A DNA stretch of 64,000 bases from Lachnospiraceae bacterium (GCA_017450065.1 JAFSYI010000028.1:1172-65171); one strand, 5' to 3'; numbered from the stretch's first letter, positions 17,802 through 27,977 are shown. Made by a program: numbers and translations. Notes: a model not told the origin generated them from the sequence alone.

Positions 17802-19265
17802 TTAGAACAGTGACTTCATTGTCGGATAGAGCTGCTTAAAGTACTGATATTTCTTCTCGTATTTAGCGGTAAGCTCTGCATCAGGCTTAACCACGTCAAT
17901 AACCTTCACCAGCTTGTCGGCTGCTTCTTCAACAGATGCATACTCGCCGCAGCCTACTGCCGCAAGGATCGCACCGCCGTAGCCCGGTCCTTCCTCCGAT
18001 TCAATAACCTCAACCGGAATACCCAGTACATTGGCCATCATCTTCTTCCACAGAGGTGACTTGGCGCCGCCGCCGCAGATCCTGGTACTTTCGATCTTAA
18101 TTCCCTGTGACCTTGCCACTTCGAAGGAATCGCGGATTCCGAAGCATACACCCTCAAGTACCGCCTGTGTCATATCAGCTCTTGTCGAATCCATGGACAT
18201 TCCGATGAATACCGCCCTGGCATCGGGATTGTTGTGAGGCGAACGCTCTCCCATAAGGTAAGGCATGAAGAATACATTATTCTCTCCGAGCTTATCGTCA
18301 GTTATAGGCTCCTGCTCCTTCTTGAAATCACTCGTTCCGATGATATCCTCCATCCACCATTTATTGCATGATGCAGCCGAAAGCATACAGCCCATAAGAT
18401 GGAAATGACCGTCGGAATGAGCAAACGCATGAAGCGCATTCTGATCATCAACCACGAAATCCTTGCTGGAAATGAAGATCGTTCCGCTGGTTCCGAGTGA
18501 AATATTACACTTACCGTCTCCGACCGTTCCGGTTCCCACTGCAGCTGCCGCATTATCGCCGGCGCCTGCGATTATCTTGACTTCCTTCGGGAATCCGAGT
18601 TCATCTGCGATCTCAGGCTTGATATTTCCCACAACCTCGTAACTTTCGAATATCTTTGCAAGCTGCGATTCCTTAATACCGCAGATATCCATCATTTCCT
18701 TGCTCCAGCATTTGTTCTTAACATCAAACACAAGCATTCCGGAAGCATCCGATACATCGGTACAGTGTACGCCCGAAAGCTTATAAGCAAGGTAATCCTT
18801 GGGAAGCATTATCTTCTCGATCTTTTCAAAATTATCAGGCTCATTCTCCTTCATCCACAGGATCTTTGGAGCAGTAAAGCCGGCAAACGCAATGTTGGCG
18901 GTATATTCGGACAGCTTGTCCTTACCGATCACGTTATTAAGATATTCGGTTTCCTTCGTAGTCCTGCCGTCATTCCACAGAATAGCCGGTCGGATCACAT
19001 TGTCATCCTTATCAAGAACAACCAGTCCGTGCATCTGTCCGCCGAAGCTTATTCCTGCGATCCGGCTCTTGTCACATTCGCTCGTAAGCTCCTTAAGTCC
19101 TGCCATAGACTGTTCCCACCAGTCCTCCGGCTTCTGTTCAGACCAGCCGGGATGCGGAAAGCTTAACGGATATTCCTTCGACACGATCTTCTCGATCTTG
19201 CCGTCTCCGCTCATAAGAAGCATCTTAACCGCACTTGTTCCTAAATCCACACCAATATACAACAT
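17802..19265 (-). CDS. xylB: Xylulokinase
   Basis: MLYIGVDLGTSAVK..., FGGQMHGLV and GGGAKSPLW are FGGY-family xylulokinase signatures. AAGGAGGAG RBS. Confidence 0.9.
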   Translation of the reverse strand: MLYIGVDLGTSAVKMLLMSGDGKIEKIVSKEYPLSFPHPGWSEQKPEDWWEQSMAGLKELTSECDKSRIAGISFGGQMHGLVVLDKDDNVIRPAILWNDGRTTKETEYLNNVIGKDKLSEYTANIAFAGFTAPKILWMKENEPDNFEKIEKIMLPKDYLAYKLSGVHCTDVSDASGMLVFDVKNKCWSKEMMDICGIKESQLAKIFESYEVVGNIKPEIADELGFPKEVKIIAGAGDNAAAAVGTGTVGDGKCNISLGTSGTIFISSKDFVVDDQNALHAFAHSDGHFHLMGCMLSAASCNKWWMEDIIGTSDFKKEQEPITDDKLGENNVFFMPYLMGERSPHNNPDARAVFIGMSMDSTRADMTQAVLEGVCFGIRDSFEVARSQGIKIESTRICGGGAKSPLWKKMMANVLGIPVEVIESEEGPGYGGAILAAVGCGEYASVEEAADKLVKVIDVVKPDAELTAKYEKKYQYFKQLYPTMKSLF

Positions 19266-19292
19266 ACCTTCTCCTCCTTTATATTAAATGAG

Positions 19293-21476
19293 TTAATTCT
19301 CATTTTTCATCTGGTCGGGAACCATAGAACCGTCCCCCGGTCCCACTTCAACCTTTACGGGTTCAACGCCGCACAGGCTGACACTGCGTTCATCAGGCTG
19401 GCTTACGCCCGCATACAGGGTGAAGCTCTTTGAGTCAAGCACCCTTACACCCTCTTCGTTATATTCCATGAAAGCCTTTCCCGGAACACCAAGCGATACG
19501 CTTAACTCTTCACCTGCCTTAAGCTCCACTCTCTTAAATGCACACAGACTGTGGTTCCTGACGGCAAGCGGAGACTCATTATCCTTTATATACACCTGGA
19601 TAACCTCCTCTATAGTACCGGTACTCTCATTTCTTATGGTAACATCCATATTAACGGAAGTCATCTCAAGAACATCCGGATCAGCGGCAGCCTTCTTAAA
19701 TGCTTCTGTATCAAGCCTTGCCGCCTTCATCATAACCCTGCCGTAGGTAAGACCGTAACCGAAGGGATACTGGGCCTCATTCTCCATATATCTGTAGGTT
19801 CTTCCCTTCATGGAGTAATCTGTGAACTCCGGCAGTTCATCAAGTGAATTATATAATGTTATCGGGAGCTTACCCGAAGGCGATACCTTACCGAAAAGTA
19901 TATTTGCGAAGGCTTTTCCTCCCTCTGCACCGGGATACCATGCCTGGATGATCGCCTTAACATTGTCCGCATCCATAGCAAATGACAGATCCATTGCCGA
20001 TCCTGTCATAACCGCCAATACTACCGGCTTACCCGTAGCGATAACGGCTCTGGCCATTATCATCTGGGATTCCGGGAAATCAAGGCTTGTTTTATCACCT
20101 GAAGCATAGCTGTTTCCGGTATCTCCTTCTTCACCCTCCAGCGTTTCGTCAAGCCCGACAACCAGCACCACTACATCCGAATGCTTTGCTACCGTCTTGG
20201 CCTCTGCCAGCCTGTCGTTTTCAACCGCAAGAGCCTCAACCCTGTCCTTATACAGATGAGAGCCCTCTGAAAACAGTACATTTATATTGGGACCTGCTTC
20301 ATCCTGAATGCCTTCAAATATCGTGGTATATCTTGATGCCGTTCCATGATAATTTCCGATAAGAGCAACCCTGCTGTTAGCATCCGGTCCTATAACTCCT
20401 ATGGTCTTAACCCCGCCCTTGTTAAGCGGCAGGAATCCGTCATTCTTAAGAAGAACCATTGCCTTTTCGGCCACGCTTACCGCATAATCCCTGTGCTCGC
20501 GGCACTCAACCTTCTCATAGGGTATGCTGTCATATTCGCTTCCGTCAAACAGTCCCAGCATAAACCTTGTGGTATACAGCCTTACACATGCTCTTGTTAT
20601 CTCTTCCTCTGTTACCAGACCATCTTTAAATGCCTTCATTAAATGTATATATGTATTTCCACAGTTAACGTCACAGCCCTTTTTAAGAGCCAGAGCAGCC
20701 GACTCTTCAACAGTCTTTGTCACCATATGATGTTCGTGGAAATCCCTTATTGCCCAGCAGTCCGATACAAAGTGTCCCTCAAAGCCCCATTCACCCCGGA
20801 GAATATTCTCCATAAGCTCTGTATGGGCACAGCAGGGTTCACCGTTTGTACGGTTATAAGCTCCCATGACTGCCTCTACGCCTGCTTCCTTAACACACTC
20901 CTCAAATGCCGGAAGATATGTCTCGCGCATATCCTTTTTGGAAGCCTTGGCATCAAACTCATGTCTTAGAGCCTCGGGACCCGAATGCACCGCAAAATGC
21001 TTGGCGCAGGCCGCTGTCCTTAAGGTCTCCCCGTCTCCCTGAAGTCCTTTTACATAGGCGGCTCCGAGTCTGGAGGTAAGTAACGGATCCTCTCCCAGTG
21101 TCTCATGTCCTCTTCCCCATCTTGGATCACGGAAGATATTAACATTGGGAGACCACATGGTAAGACCCTTATATATATCCCTGTCACCCTCTTTGGAAAC
21201 CGCATTGTACTTGGCTCTTGCCTCGGTTGATACTATTTCTCCGGCTTTCCTCACCGTTTCCTCATCAAAGGTGGCGGCCATCGCGATCGCCTGTGGAAAT
21301 ACGGTTGCCTGACCTGATCTTGCCACTCCGTGAAGAGCTTCATTCCACCAGTTATAAGCCGGGATACCCAGTCTTTCTATTGCCGGAGAATCATATTTTA
21401 ACTGACTCGCCTTCTCTTCAACAGTCATTTTGCCTACAATTTCTTCAGCTTTTCTTCTTGCCTCTTCTCTGTTCAT
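19293..21476 (-). CDS. Glycoside hydrolase family 3 (beta-glucosidase/beta-xylosidase type)
   Basis: Contains MTVEEKASQL, NWWNEALHG, RDPRWGRGHETLGEDP and GHFVSDCWA (GH3 nucleophile region). Likely start is the ATG at 21476, after AGAAGGAAA. It lies 27 nt upstream of xylB. Confidence 0.85.
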   Translation of the reverse strand: MNREEARRKAEEIVGKMTVEEKASQLKYDSPAIERLGIPAYNWWNEALHGVARSGQATVFPQAIAMAATFDEETVRKAGEIVSTEARAKYNAVSKEGDRDIYKGLTMWSPNVNIFRDPRWGRGHETLGEDPLLTSRLGAAYVKGLQGDGETLRTAACAKHFAVHSGPEALRHEFDAKASKKDMRETYLPAFEECVKEAGVEAVMGAYNRTNGEPCCAHTELMENILRGEWGFEGHFVSDCWAIRDFHEHHMVTKTVEESAALALKKGCDVNCGNTYIHLMKAFKDGLVTEEEITRACVRLYTTRFMLGLFDGSEYDSIPYEKVECREHRDYAVSVAEKAMVLLKNDGFLPLNKGGVKTIGVIGPDANSRVALIGNYHGTASRYTTIFEGIQDEAGPNINVLFSEGSHLYKDRVEALAVENDRLAEAKTVAKHSDVVVLVVGLDETLEGEEGDTGNSYASGDKTSLDFPESQMIMARAVIATGKPVVLAVMTGSAMDLSFAMDADNVKAIIQAWYPGAEGGKAFANILFGKVSPSGKLPITLYNSLDELPEFTDYSMKGRTYRYMENEAQYPFGYGLTYGRVMMKAARLDTEAFKKAAADPDVLEMTSVNMDVTIRNESTGTIEEVIQVYIKDNESPLAVRNHSLCAFKRVELKAGEELSVSLGVPGKAFMEYNEEGVRVLDSKSFTLYAGVSQPDERSVSLCGVEPVKVEVGPGDGSMVPDQMKNEN

Positions 21477-21553
21477 ACTGTTTCCTTCTGCTATATTGTC
21501 ATATAATCCTGCCAACGTAATAATCATAACTTATTTTTCTGGTATGTACAAGG

Positions 21554-21586
21554 AAAAAAACGGCCTGCCCTTTAAGAGCAGACCGT
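21554..21586 (-). terminator. Terminator after the aquaporin gene
   Basis: Stem ACGGTCTGC/GCAGGCCGT with one mismatch, followed on the minus strand by T7. Confidence 0.75.
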
Positions 21587-21610
21587 CTGTATCATTATGT
21601 CAGTTTATAT

Positions 21611-22312
21611 TCAGGCTTCAGCCTTTTCTACGGTATCATCTTTCTCAAGGAACTTATATACCAGTGCTGCCAGTGCGGCGCCTGCAAGAGGACCTACGAT
21701 AAATACCCAAAGCTGCGCCAAAGCGCTTCCGCCTGCGAAGATAGCAGGGCCAAGGCTCCTTGCGGGATTAACTGAAGTACCGGTAAGACCGATACCGAGG
21801 ATATGTACAAGCACAAGCGTGAAACCGATAACAATGCCGCCGAATGAACCGTGAGAAGCCTTCTTGGAGGTAACTCCGAGTATGGTTATCACGAAAATGA
21901 AGGTAAGAATGCACTCAACCAGAAGACCTGCCATAGCCGAGTCATTAACACCGCCAAGACCATTAGCTCCGTATCCTCCCGTCATGTCGGCTACTCCGCC
22001 CAAACCGAATACCGCTGCAAGAAGAGCTGTTCCGACAACAGAACCGAGACACTGCGACACAACATAACATCCGAAATCCTTACCGCTTATTCCGCCTGTC
22101 ATAAATACTCCCAGCGAAACAGCAGGATTGATATGACATCCGGAGATATTGCCAATGCAGTATGCCATTCCCACTATAACAAGACCGAAGGCAAGTGCCG
22201 TATCCAGATATCCGGAACCATATCCGCTTTCGCAGCCTAACAGCATTGCGGTACCGCAGCCCATAAATACAAGAACCAGCGTACCAATAAATTCAGCAAC
22301 ATATTTCTTCAT
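21611..22312 (-). CDS. aqpZ: MIP-family channel, aquaporin Z-like
   Basis: Two NPA boxes (HINPAVS and SVNPARS). About 233 aa counting from MKKYVAEFIGT at 22312, which has GGAGGG upstream. Confidence 0.8.
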   Translation of the reverse strand: MKKYVAEFIGTLVLVFMGCGTAMLLGCESGYGSGYLDTALAFGLVIVGMAYCIGNISGCHINPAVSLGVFMTGGISGKDFGCYVVSQCLGSVVGTALLAAVFGLGGVADMTGGYGANGLGGVNDSAMAGLLVECILTFIFVITILGVTSKKASHGSFGGIVIGFTLVLVHILGIGLTGTSVNPARSLGPAIFAGGSALAQLWVFIVGPLAGAALAALVYKFLEKDDTVEKAEA

Positions 22313-22476
22313 TCTACTTCTCCCTCCTGTATCAATACAATAATACATTATAACTATTCCCAAAACAGTTTAATGATATTCTGTTCCGAATAGATACATC
22401 ACATAAGACTATACCATAATAAAGTATATATATACAATATATTTATTAAAAAAACTGAATGGCACCATATATTGTG

Positions 22477-23364
22477 TTATCTGTTTCCGATTTTTCTTGC
22501 AACTAGAGCAAATCTCCCGTTCTCTTCCTGATATGAACAGGTAACAAGCGTAATGAGCTTATCTCCGTACTCAGCCTTCACTCCCGTTTCATACAGCGAC
22601 TTTGCAATAAGTCTTTCCACGGATCTGTCATAATCTTCCTTATCTTCCGCATCTATGAAATCATAGAATCTGAACGCACTCTCATCAGTATAATACACTC
22701 TGTCATAGAAGGCCGCCATTACCTCATACTCATTTCTTCCTTCCGGTGTATCAAAGTATATTACAGGATGTTCCTCACAGTATTTCTTGTCTTTATATGC
22801 ATCCAGTGTTCCGAACATGCTTCCGTCACGCATATTATGTCCGAATATTATGATATTGTCGCTTTGCGGCTTAACGGAACATCTTGCATCAATAAACGGC
22901 AGTCCTTCATTGCAGTCCTTACCGTTTATATCCTTATGAAGATATCTTTCAGGCTCCTCGGGGGAATACATCACAGGATAATCGATCTTCGTTCCCTCTA
23001 TGCTCAGGTACCCCGCAAAATCAGGATAATCCCTCTGCATTTTTTCATACACGCCGGAAAGAGTGTCTTCCTTGGAGGGCCCGGATTCCTCAAGCCGTTC
23101 AAGTGCCGTTTCGGGCATTTCATATGTCTTAAGCTCGGTATCCTTAAAGGAATAATAATCTTTGGTAAGTATATCTCCCTCAGATACCGTTTCGGCTTCC
23201 TGCCCTGAGCTTTTCCCTTTTACATGGCTTATGATAAGGATAATACCCACTACCAGCCCTATTATAAGCACCAGCAGGATAAGGATAAGCCTTATGAGCT
23301 TCTTCATATCTACTTTTCTTAATTCACCGTCAAATTTAACGTATATTTCCATAGAATTCTTCAA
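22477..23364 (-). CDS. srtB: Class B sortase
   Basis: N-terminal TM helix; FGHNMRDGSMFG and LITLVTCSY (catalytic Cys). The start is uncertain: TTG 23364, ATG 23352 or ATG 23307. Confidence 0.85.
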   Translation of the reverse strand: MKNSMEIYVKFDGELRKVDMKKLIRLILILLVLIIGLVVGIILIISHVKGKSSGQEAETVSEGDILTKDYYSFKDTELKTYEMPETALERLEESGPSKEDTLSGVYEKMQRDYPDFAGYLSIEGTKIDYPVMYSPEEPERYLHKDINGKDCNEGLPFIDARCSVKPQSDNIIIFGHNMRDGSMFGTLDAYKDKKYCEEHPVIYFDTPEGRNEYEVMAAFYDRVYYTDESAFRFYDFIDAEDKEDYDRSVERLIAKSLYETGVKAEYGDKLITLVTCSYQEENGRFALVARKIGNR

Positions 23365-26300
23365 TATTCCTCATGAATTTACCGGGGTATTCCCTTATTT
23401 CCCGCATTTCTCCCGTTTTAGGCACGTTATCCAGTATCCTTGGAATAACCTGCGGTACTGCAACAGGCACTGTCTGTGCAGGTGCATTCTGATAAACAGT
23501 CCTTGTCTCCGTTCTGTACTGCACCACAGGCACATCTCGGTAGATTATCTGCGTGCTGCCCTTATCTTCATTTTTCTTATAAAGGATCGCATATTCGGTA
23601 AAATGAGTGGTAGTAAAGGTCACATAGTTCACCCCGTCCATGACTCCGGTTGCCGAAGCAACAGATTTGTCCAGTCGGTTATCGAGCAGGGTCACAACGG
23701 TAACGGTCCCTTTTCTTATATCCATATCATCGGGAAGAGGTATGCGGACGGTGCATTTCCCGAAATCGTTCTTGGCATATCCTCCGACATCAGTGATGAA
23801 CATATCATAAAACAGTATCTTATCATACTTAAGTGTGCTGTCACCGTTTATAAGGGGCTTAAGCACTGCTCCGTCCGAATCCCGGATTATAAGATACCTG
23901 TCACCCTCAAGGCGCTCAACCATCCCACGTACAAGGTCCTTGCGATAACCGCTGCTTCTTGTGTCTACAATATAAAGGTTATAAACCGCCGGTTCAGGTG
24001 CAGGATTCTCTTTTACGGTCACCTTACACTCTGCCGTATGACCTCCGTCATTTGTCGTTGCGGTTATTACAGCCTCACCCTTCTTTATTCCGGTGACCCT
24101 TCCGCGAGCATCAACTGTTGCGATATTCTCGTTGCTGCTTGACCACGTAACGGTTTTATCATCCGCATTCTCGGGGTATATCTCAGCGTCAATGTCGAAC
24201 CACTGTCCCTCATATATCTCCTTGAACATCGGCATCAGCACAATGTCCTCAACAGGAACATGCATTGAGCTTACCGTAACCACACATATACCGGTTCTTC
24301 CGCCTGCCCCCGTGGCTGTTATCACTGCCACGCCTTTGGCCCTTCCTTTTATGTTGGCATTAAGCCCGTTTCCGCTTACAGTGGCTACCGATGTATTGTT
24401 GCTCTTCCAGGTAACCTTCTTATTTGTTGTGTTATCCGGTTTAATAACAGCTGTCGCATTAAAGTCCTGACCGATCACTATGCTGTTCTCGGAAGGAGTT
24501 ACGGTTATTGATTCAACAGGTATTTCCTCTCTGAGTACATGAACAATGCATGTGGCTTCCTTACCGCCGTCGTTCGTTCTTACGGTAACGATGGTTGTTC
24601 CTTCACTGACTCCCGTAACCTCTCCGTTGTCACCCACTGTGGCAATTAAGGGATCGGCACTGTTCCAGGATACGCTCTTATCACTGGCATCCTCAGGATA
24701 AACATGCTCCCTGAGCTGTTTCTTCTCCCCTTCATAGATAGTTATCTCATCAGTGTTAAGCACTACATCCGTTACGCTTATCCAGTCCTCCTTAACCTTA
24801 ACAACGCATATAGCGCTCTTTCCTCCTGCAGTTGTTGCAGTAATGACGGCCACTCCCTCTGATAATCCCTTTATAACCGCATTAAGTCCGTTTCCGCTTA
24901 CAGAGGCTACGGATGGATTGTTACACTCCCAGCTTATACTCTTATCTGTTGCATCCTCCGGCAGCACTATGGCTTCTGCACTGAATTCCTCACCGATGGA
25001 TATCGTATTCTCAGAAGGATTTACCGTTATGGATTCAACCGGTATTCCCTTCTTTATTACATGAACCGTACAGTAATCTTCCTTGCCTCCGTCATTCGTC
25101 CGGACGGTAACGATGGTTGTACCTTCCTTTACACCGGTAACTTCACCGTTCTCATCAACAGTTGCGGTGGCAGTATCCGCACTGTTCCAGGATACGCTCC
25201 TGTCATCCGCCTCTTCGGGATAAACACGTGCCTTTAGCTGTCGCTTCTCCCCTTCATAAAGCGTGATCTCTTCGGTATTAAGGATAACACCCTGAACCGG
25301 TGTCCACTCTACCGTAACATTACAGGTCTTACTGTATTTACCGTCTACGGTTGTAACAACGACCCCGGCTTGTCCTACAGATAAGCCCGTGACCGTTCCG
25401 TCGTTGGTAACTGATATCACTTCGGGATTGTTATTGCTTAAGCTTACTTCCTTAATATCCGCATCCTCGGGCAATACTTTCCAGGTTAAGTCGAATTTCT
25501 CACCCACTTTGATGGTTTTGCTTTCCGGATCTATTTCAAGACCGCTTACCGATCTCTTTACAGTAACCTTACAGACGGCACTTACCACCTGAGGATCGTC
25601 CTCTTCATCCTCCGTTACGGTAACCGTGACATTGGCCGTTCCGGATTCAAGACCCGTAACGGTGCAATTAAGCCCGTTTCCGCTTACCTCTGCGATCGTT
25701 CCGTCATCCACGCTCCATTGAATATCCTTGTATTTAACGGTTGACGGACCCACTGTGGCTTTCAGGGTGCTGACAGTGCCTGCCTCGATCGTAACGGCAG
25801 ATTTATCAAGTGTAACTGTCATCTCTACGGGAGTAACTATTATGTCAGAGTACGCCACTATCTTCTCGTCGGCAGCGGATTTCGCTATAAGCCTTGTCCT
25901 GCCTTTCTTAAGCCCCCTTATACTGCAGGCGCTGTTGGACCTTGATGCTATTGAAGCTATCGTGGTATCCTCAATATCCCATGTTACATTCTTATTTGTC
26001 GCATTTTGGGGTTCAACTGTTGCATATACAGATTTTGTTGATCCGTTAACTGTCAATGTTAACGGGTCCGGACTTAGTGTTATTCCCGTAACCGCCACCG
26101 GCGGCGTAACGATCACCCTGCATTCCTTCGTATACCCACCGTCATCCGACTTTGCGACAAGGGTGGTCTCTCCGGCTTTAACTCCTGTGATACTCACATA
26201 AGATCCGGAAGATGTATAGGAAGGAGACACCGTAGCGATCGAAGTATCCTTGATGCTCCAGTTAATTCTCTTATTTGTGGCATTCGAAGGAATCACCGTA

Positions 26301-27886
26301 GCTCTTGGACCTGTAACGGTATATCCCTGCGCAACCGTTATTTCAGCAGGACTGACATCTATTCCTTCAACAGGCACCGGAATCACCTCAATGGTGCAGG
26401 AACCTTTAACATTGGGATTTGATTTTAAGGCAGCTGTAATAGTAACCGTACCCTGAGCTCTGCCTGTTACCTGCTGACTGGCCGTGTATACAGACGCAAC
26501 ACTGCTTCCGGATGGTGTCCAGCTCCATGTCAGCTCCTTATCATTTGCATTGGTTGGCAAAACAGTTACGCTGTAGCCGGTAGTCTCCCCTATATATATT
26601 CTGCTTTTCTGAGGTGTCAGCGTGATCTGGGTAGCGGGAATACGCTGCTTTACTACCACCTCACATCTTGCCGTAACCTTTGGATAATTCTTTAACTTTG
26701 CATTTATCCATGTTGTTCCCGGACTTTTGCCTGTTACCTCGTTGGTACGATTGGTCGAATACTTAAGAGAGGCAATTGATGAGCTGTCAATAGTCCACTC
26801 AGCTACCTGGTCATCACTTTCAACACCTCTTGGAGTTATTGTAGGTACTATGGATTTTGTTTCATTAACGAATAGTTCTATTCTGTTATTAAGATACAAT
26901 GAGATTGTCTCGGGCACTGGTGCCTTTACGTTTATGGTACATCTTGCTGTTACTCCGTTCGGTGCCGTTACTGTAAGTACAAGTCCTTCTCCCTTTTGTT
27001 TTCCGGTCACGTTACCGTCATTGTCAACAGTAGCATTTCCGGTTCCCAGGCTTGTGAACTTCCATGTCAATCCTGAAGTTGATGCATCGCTTGGCGTTAT
27101 TATCAGCTTAGGACGCAGGGATTGGCCTACCGTCACGGAAAATGGCTCTCCGTTGTCCTCAAACCTCATGGAGATTATCGGCCCGTCTCCCTCAGCCTCA
27201 ACTAACGGACCCTTTGATCCCTTCTGAACGGAATTATCTGATGTGCCCGTCTTTGCTTTATCTTCGGAAAGAGATGCCTTCGCATTACCTTCGCTGACTG
27301 TTTTACCGGGTCCACCCTTGGTATATCGTGAAATGGCGCTGTCACTGACAGAGCCGGGTATAACAACCGGCTTCTGTTCCACGGATGCCTTGGGTTTCTG
27401 CTCTGCAGATGTCTGAGGCTTCTGTTCCACAGGCTTTTGGGGACTCTGCTCTACAGGCTTTTGAGGAGTCTGCAGTGCAGGTGCTGCCGGGTATTGGGGG
27501 TTTGTTAATCCCTGATTTAATAATGGATTTGCCAGCTGGCTCAGCAGTGCCTGAAGATCAACTACAGGCTGGACTTCAGCCGGTGCGAACGGTACCGGAA
27601 AAGGCACAGGGCTGTTATCACCCTGCGGAGTCTCTGTCTGCTGTGCCGCAGGATCAGATGCAGTATTATTCGGTATATTTTCAGTTGTTTCAAAAGGATT
27701 GTTTGAAGATAAAAGCTTCTGAAGATCCACCTCGGGTTCGTGGACATTTGGTGATGCGTTACCGGTAGTACCTGCTCCTTCAGAATACGGTATTTGTGCA
27801 GCATAGGATACTACCCTGCATTCCGAGATCAGCAAGGCTGTTATAAGAACAGCGATAAGTCGATTGATTTTTCCCCTGTTTTGCAT
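23336..27886 (-). CDS. Large secreted surface protein with at least 12 Big_2 (bacterial Ig-like group 2) domains
   Basis: Signal peptide MQNRGKINRLIAVLITALLIS.... A P/Q-rich linker follows (PQKPVEQ repeats, about 27385-27480). Reiterated ...VTGxxxGxxxITAT... Ig-like units make up most of the protein. GGGGAG RBS. Confidence 0.85.
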   Translation of the reverse strand: MQNRGKINRLIAVLITALLISECRVVSYAAQIPYSEGAGTTGNASPNVHEPEVDLQKLLSSNNPFETTENIPNNTASDPAAQQTETPQGDNSPVPFPVPFAPAEVQPVVDLQALLSQLANPLLNQGLTNPQYPAAPALQTPQKPVEQSPQKPVEQKPQTSAEQKPKASVEQKPVVIPGSVSDSAISRYTKGGPGKTVSEGNAKASLSEDKAKTGTSDNSVQKGSKGPLVEAEGDGPIISMRFEDNGEPFSVTVGQSLRPKLIITPSDASTSGLTWKFTSLGTGNATVDNDGNVTGKQKGEGLVLTVTAPNGVTARCTINVKAPVPETISLYLNNRIELFVNETKSIVPTITPRGVESDDQVAEWTIDSSSIASLKYSTNRTNEVTGKSPGTTWINAKLKNYPKVTARCEVVVKQRIPATQITLTPQKSRIYIGETTGYSVTVLPTNANDKELTWSWTPSGSSVASVYTASQQVTGRAQGTVTITAALKSNPNVKGSCTIEVIPVPVEGIDVSPAEITVAQGYTVTGPRATVIPSNATNKRINWSIKDTSIATVSPSYTSSGSYVSITGVKAGETTLVAKSDDGGYTKECRVIVTPPVAVTGITLSPDPLTLTVNGSTKSVYATVEPQNATNKNVTWDIEDTTIASIASRSNSACSIRGLKKGRTRLIAKSAADEKIVAYSDIIVTPVEMTVTLDKSAVTIEAGTVSTLKATVGPSTVKYKDIQWSVDDGTIAEVSGNGLNCTVTGLESGTANVTVTVTEDEEDDPQVVSAVCKVTVKRSVSGLEIDPESKTIKVGEKFDLTWKVLPEDADIKEVSLSNNNPEVISVTNDGTVTGLSVGQAGVVVTTVDGKYSKTCNVTVEWTPVQGVILNTEEITLYEGEKRQLKARVYPEEADDRSVSWNSADTATATVDENGEVTGVKEGTTIVTVRTNDGGKEDYCTVHVIKKGIPVESITVNPSENTISIGEEFSAEAIVLPEDATDKSISWECNNPSVASVSGNGLNAVIKGLSEGVAVITATTAGGKSAICVVKVKEDWISVTDVVLNTDEITIYEGEKKQLREHVYPEDASDKSVSWNSADPLIATVGDNGEVTGVSEGTTIVTVRTNDGGKEATCIVHVLREEIPVESITVTPSENSIVIGQDFNATAVIKPDNTTNKKVTWKSNNTSVATVSGNGLNANIKGRAKGVAVITATGAGGRTGICVVTVSSMHVPVEDIVLMPMFKEIYEGQWFDIDAEIYPENADDKTVTWSSSNENIATVDARGRVTGIKKGEAVITATTNDGGHTAECKVTVKENPAPEPAVYNLYIVDTRSSGYRKDLVRGMVERLEGDRYLIIRDSDGAVLKPLINGDSTLKYDKILFYDMFITDVGGYAKNDFGKCTVRIPLPDDMDIRKGTVTVVTLLDNRLDKSVASATGVMDGVNYVTFTTTHFTEYAILYKKNEDKGSTQIIYRDVPVVQYRTETRTVYQNAPAQTVPVAVPQVIPRILDNVPKTGEMREIREYPGKFMRNIEEFYGNIR
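24262..25300 (-). repeat. Diverged tandem duplication of a two-Big_2-domain unit (period about 522 bp)
   Basis: Copy 1 (about 24782-25300) and copy 2 (about 24262-24781) align colinearly at protein and DNA level, for example TTIVTVRTNDGGKE and IPVESITV in both. Confidence 0.75.
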
Positions 27887-27977
27887 TTTCTCCCCTGTCT
27901 TGCCAGATTTACATAACTATCCCCATCACAAAAAATATAGCGTACTTTAATAAATTCGTCAATAGTAAAAAGTACAT

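Noticed and set aside
23162-27768. Many plus-strand ORFs of 60-326 aa (for example 23162-24142, 25728-26201 and 26727-27227) lie opposite the Big_2 surface-protein gene.
   Set aside because: They are antisense shadow ORFs of a long, repetitive, compositionally biased gene. They have no RBS, their sequence is low-complexity S/T/V/P-rich, and they are fully contained in a well-supported minus-strand CDS.
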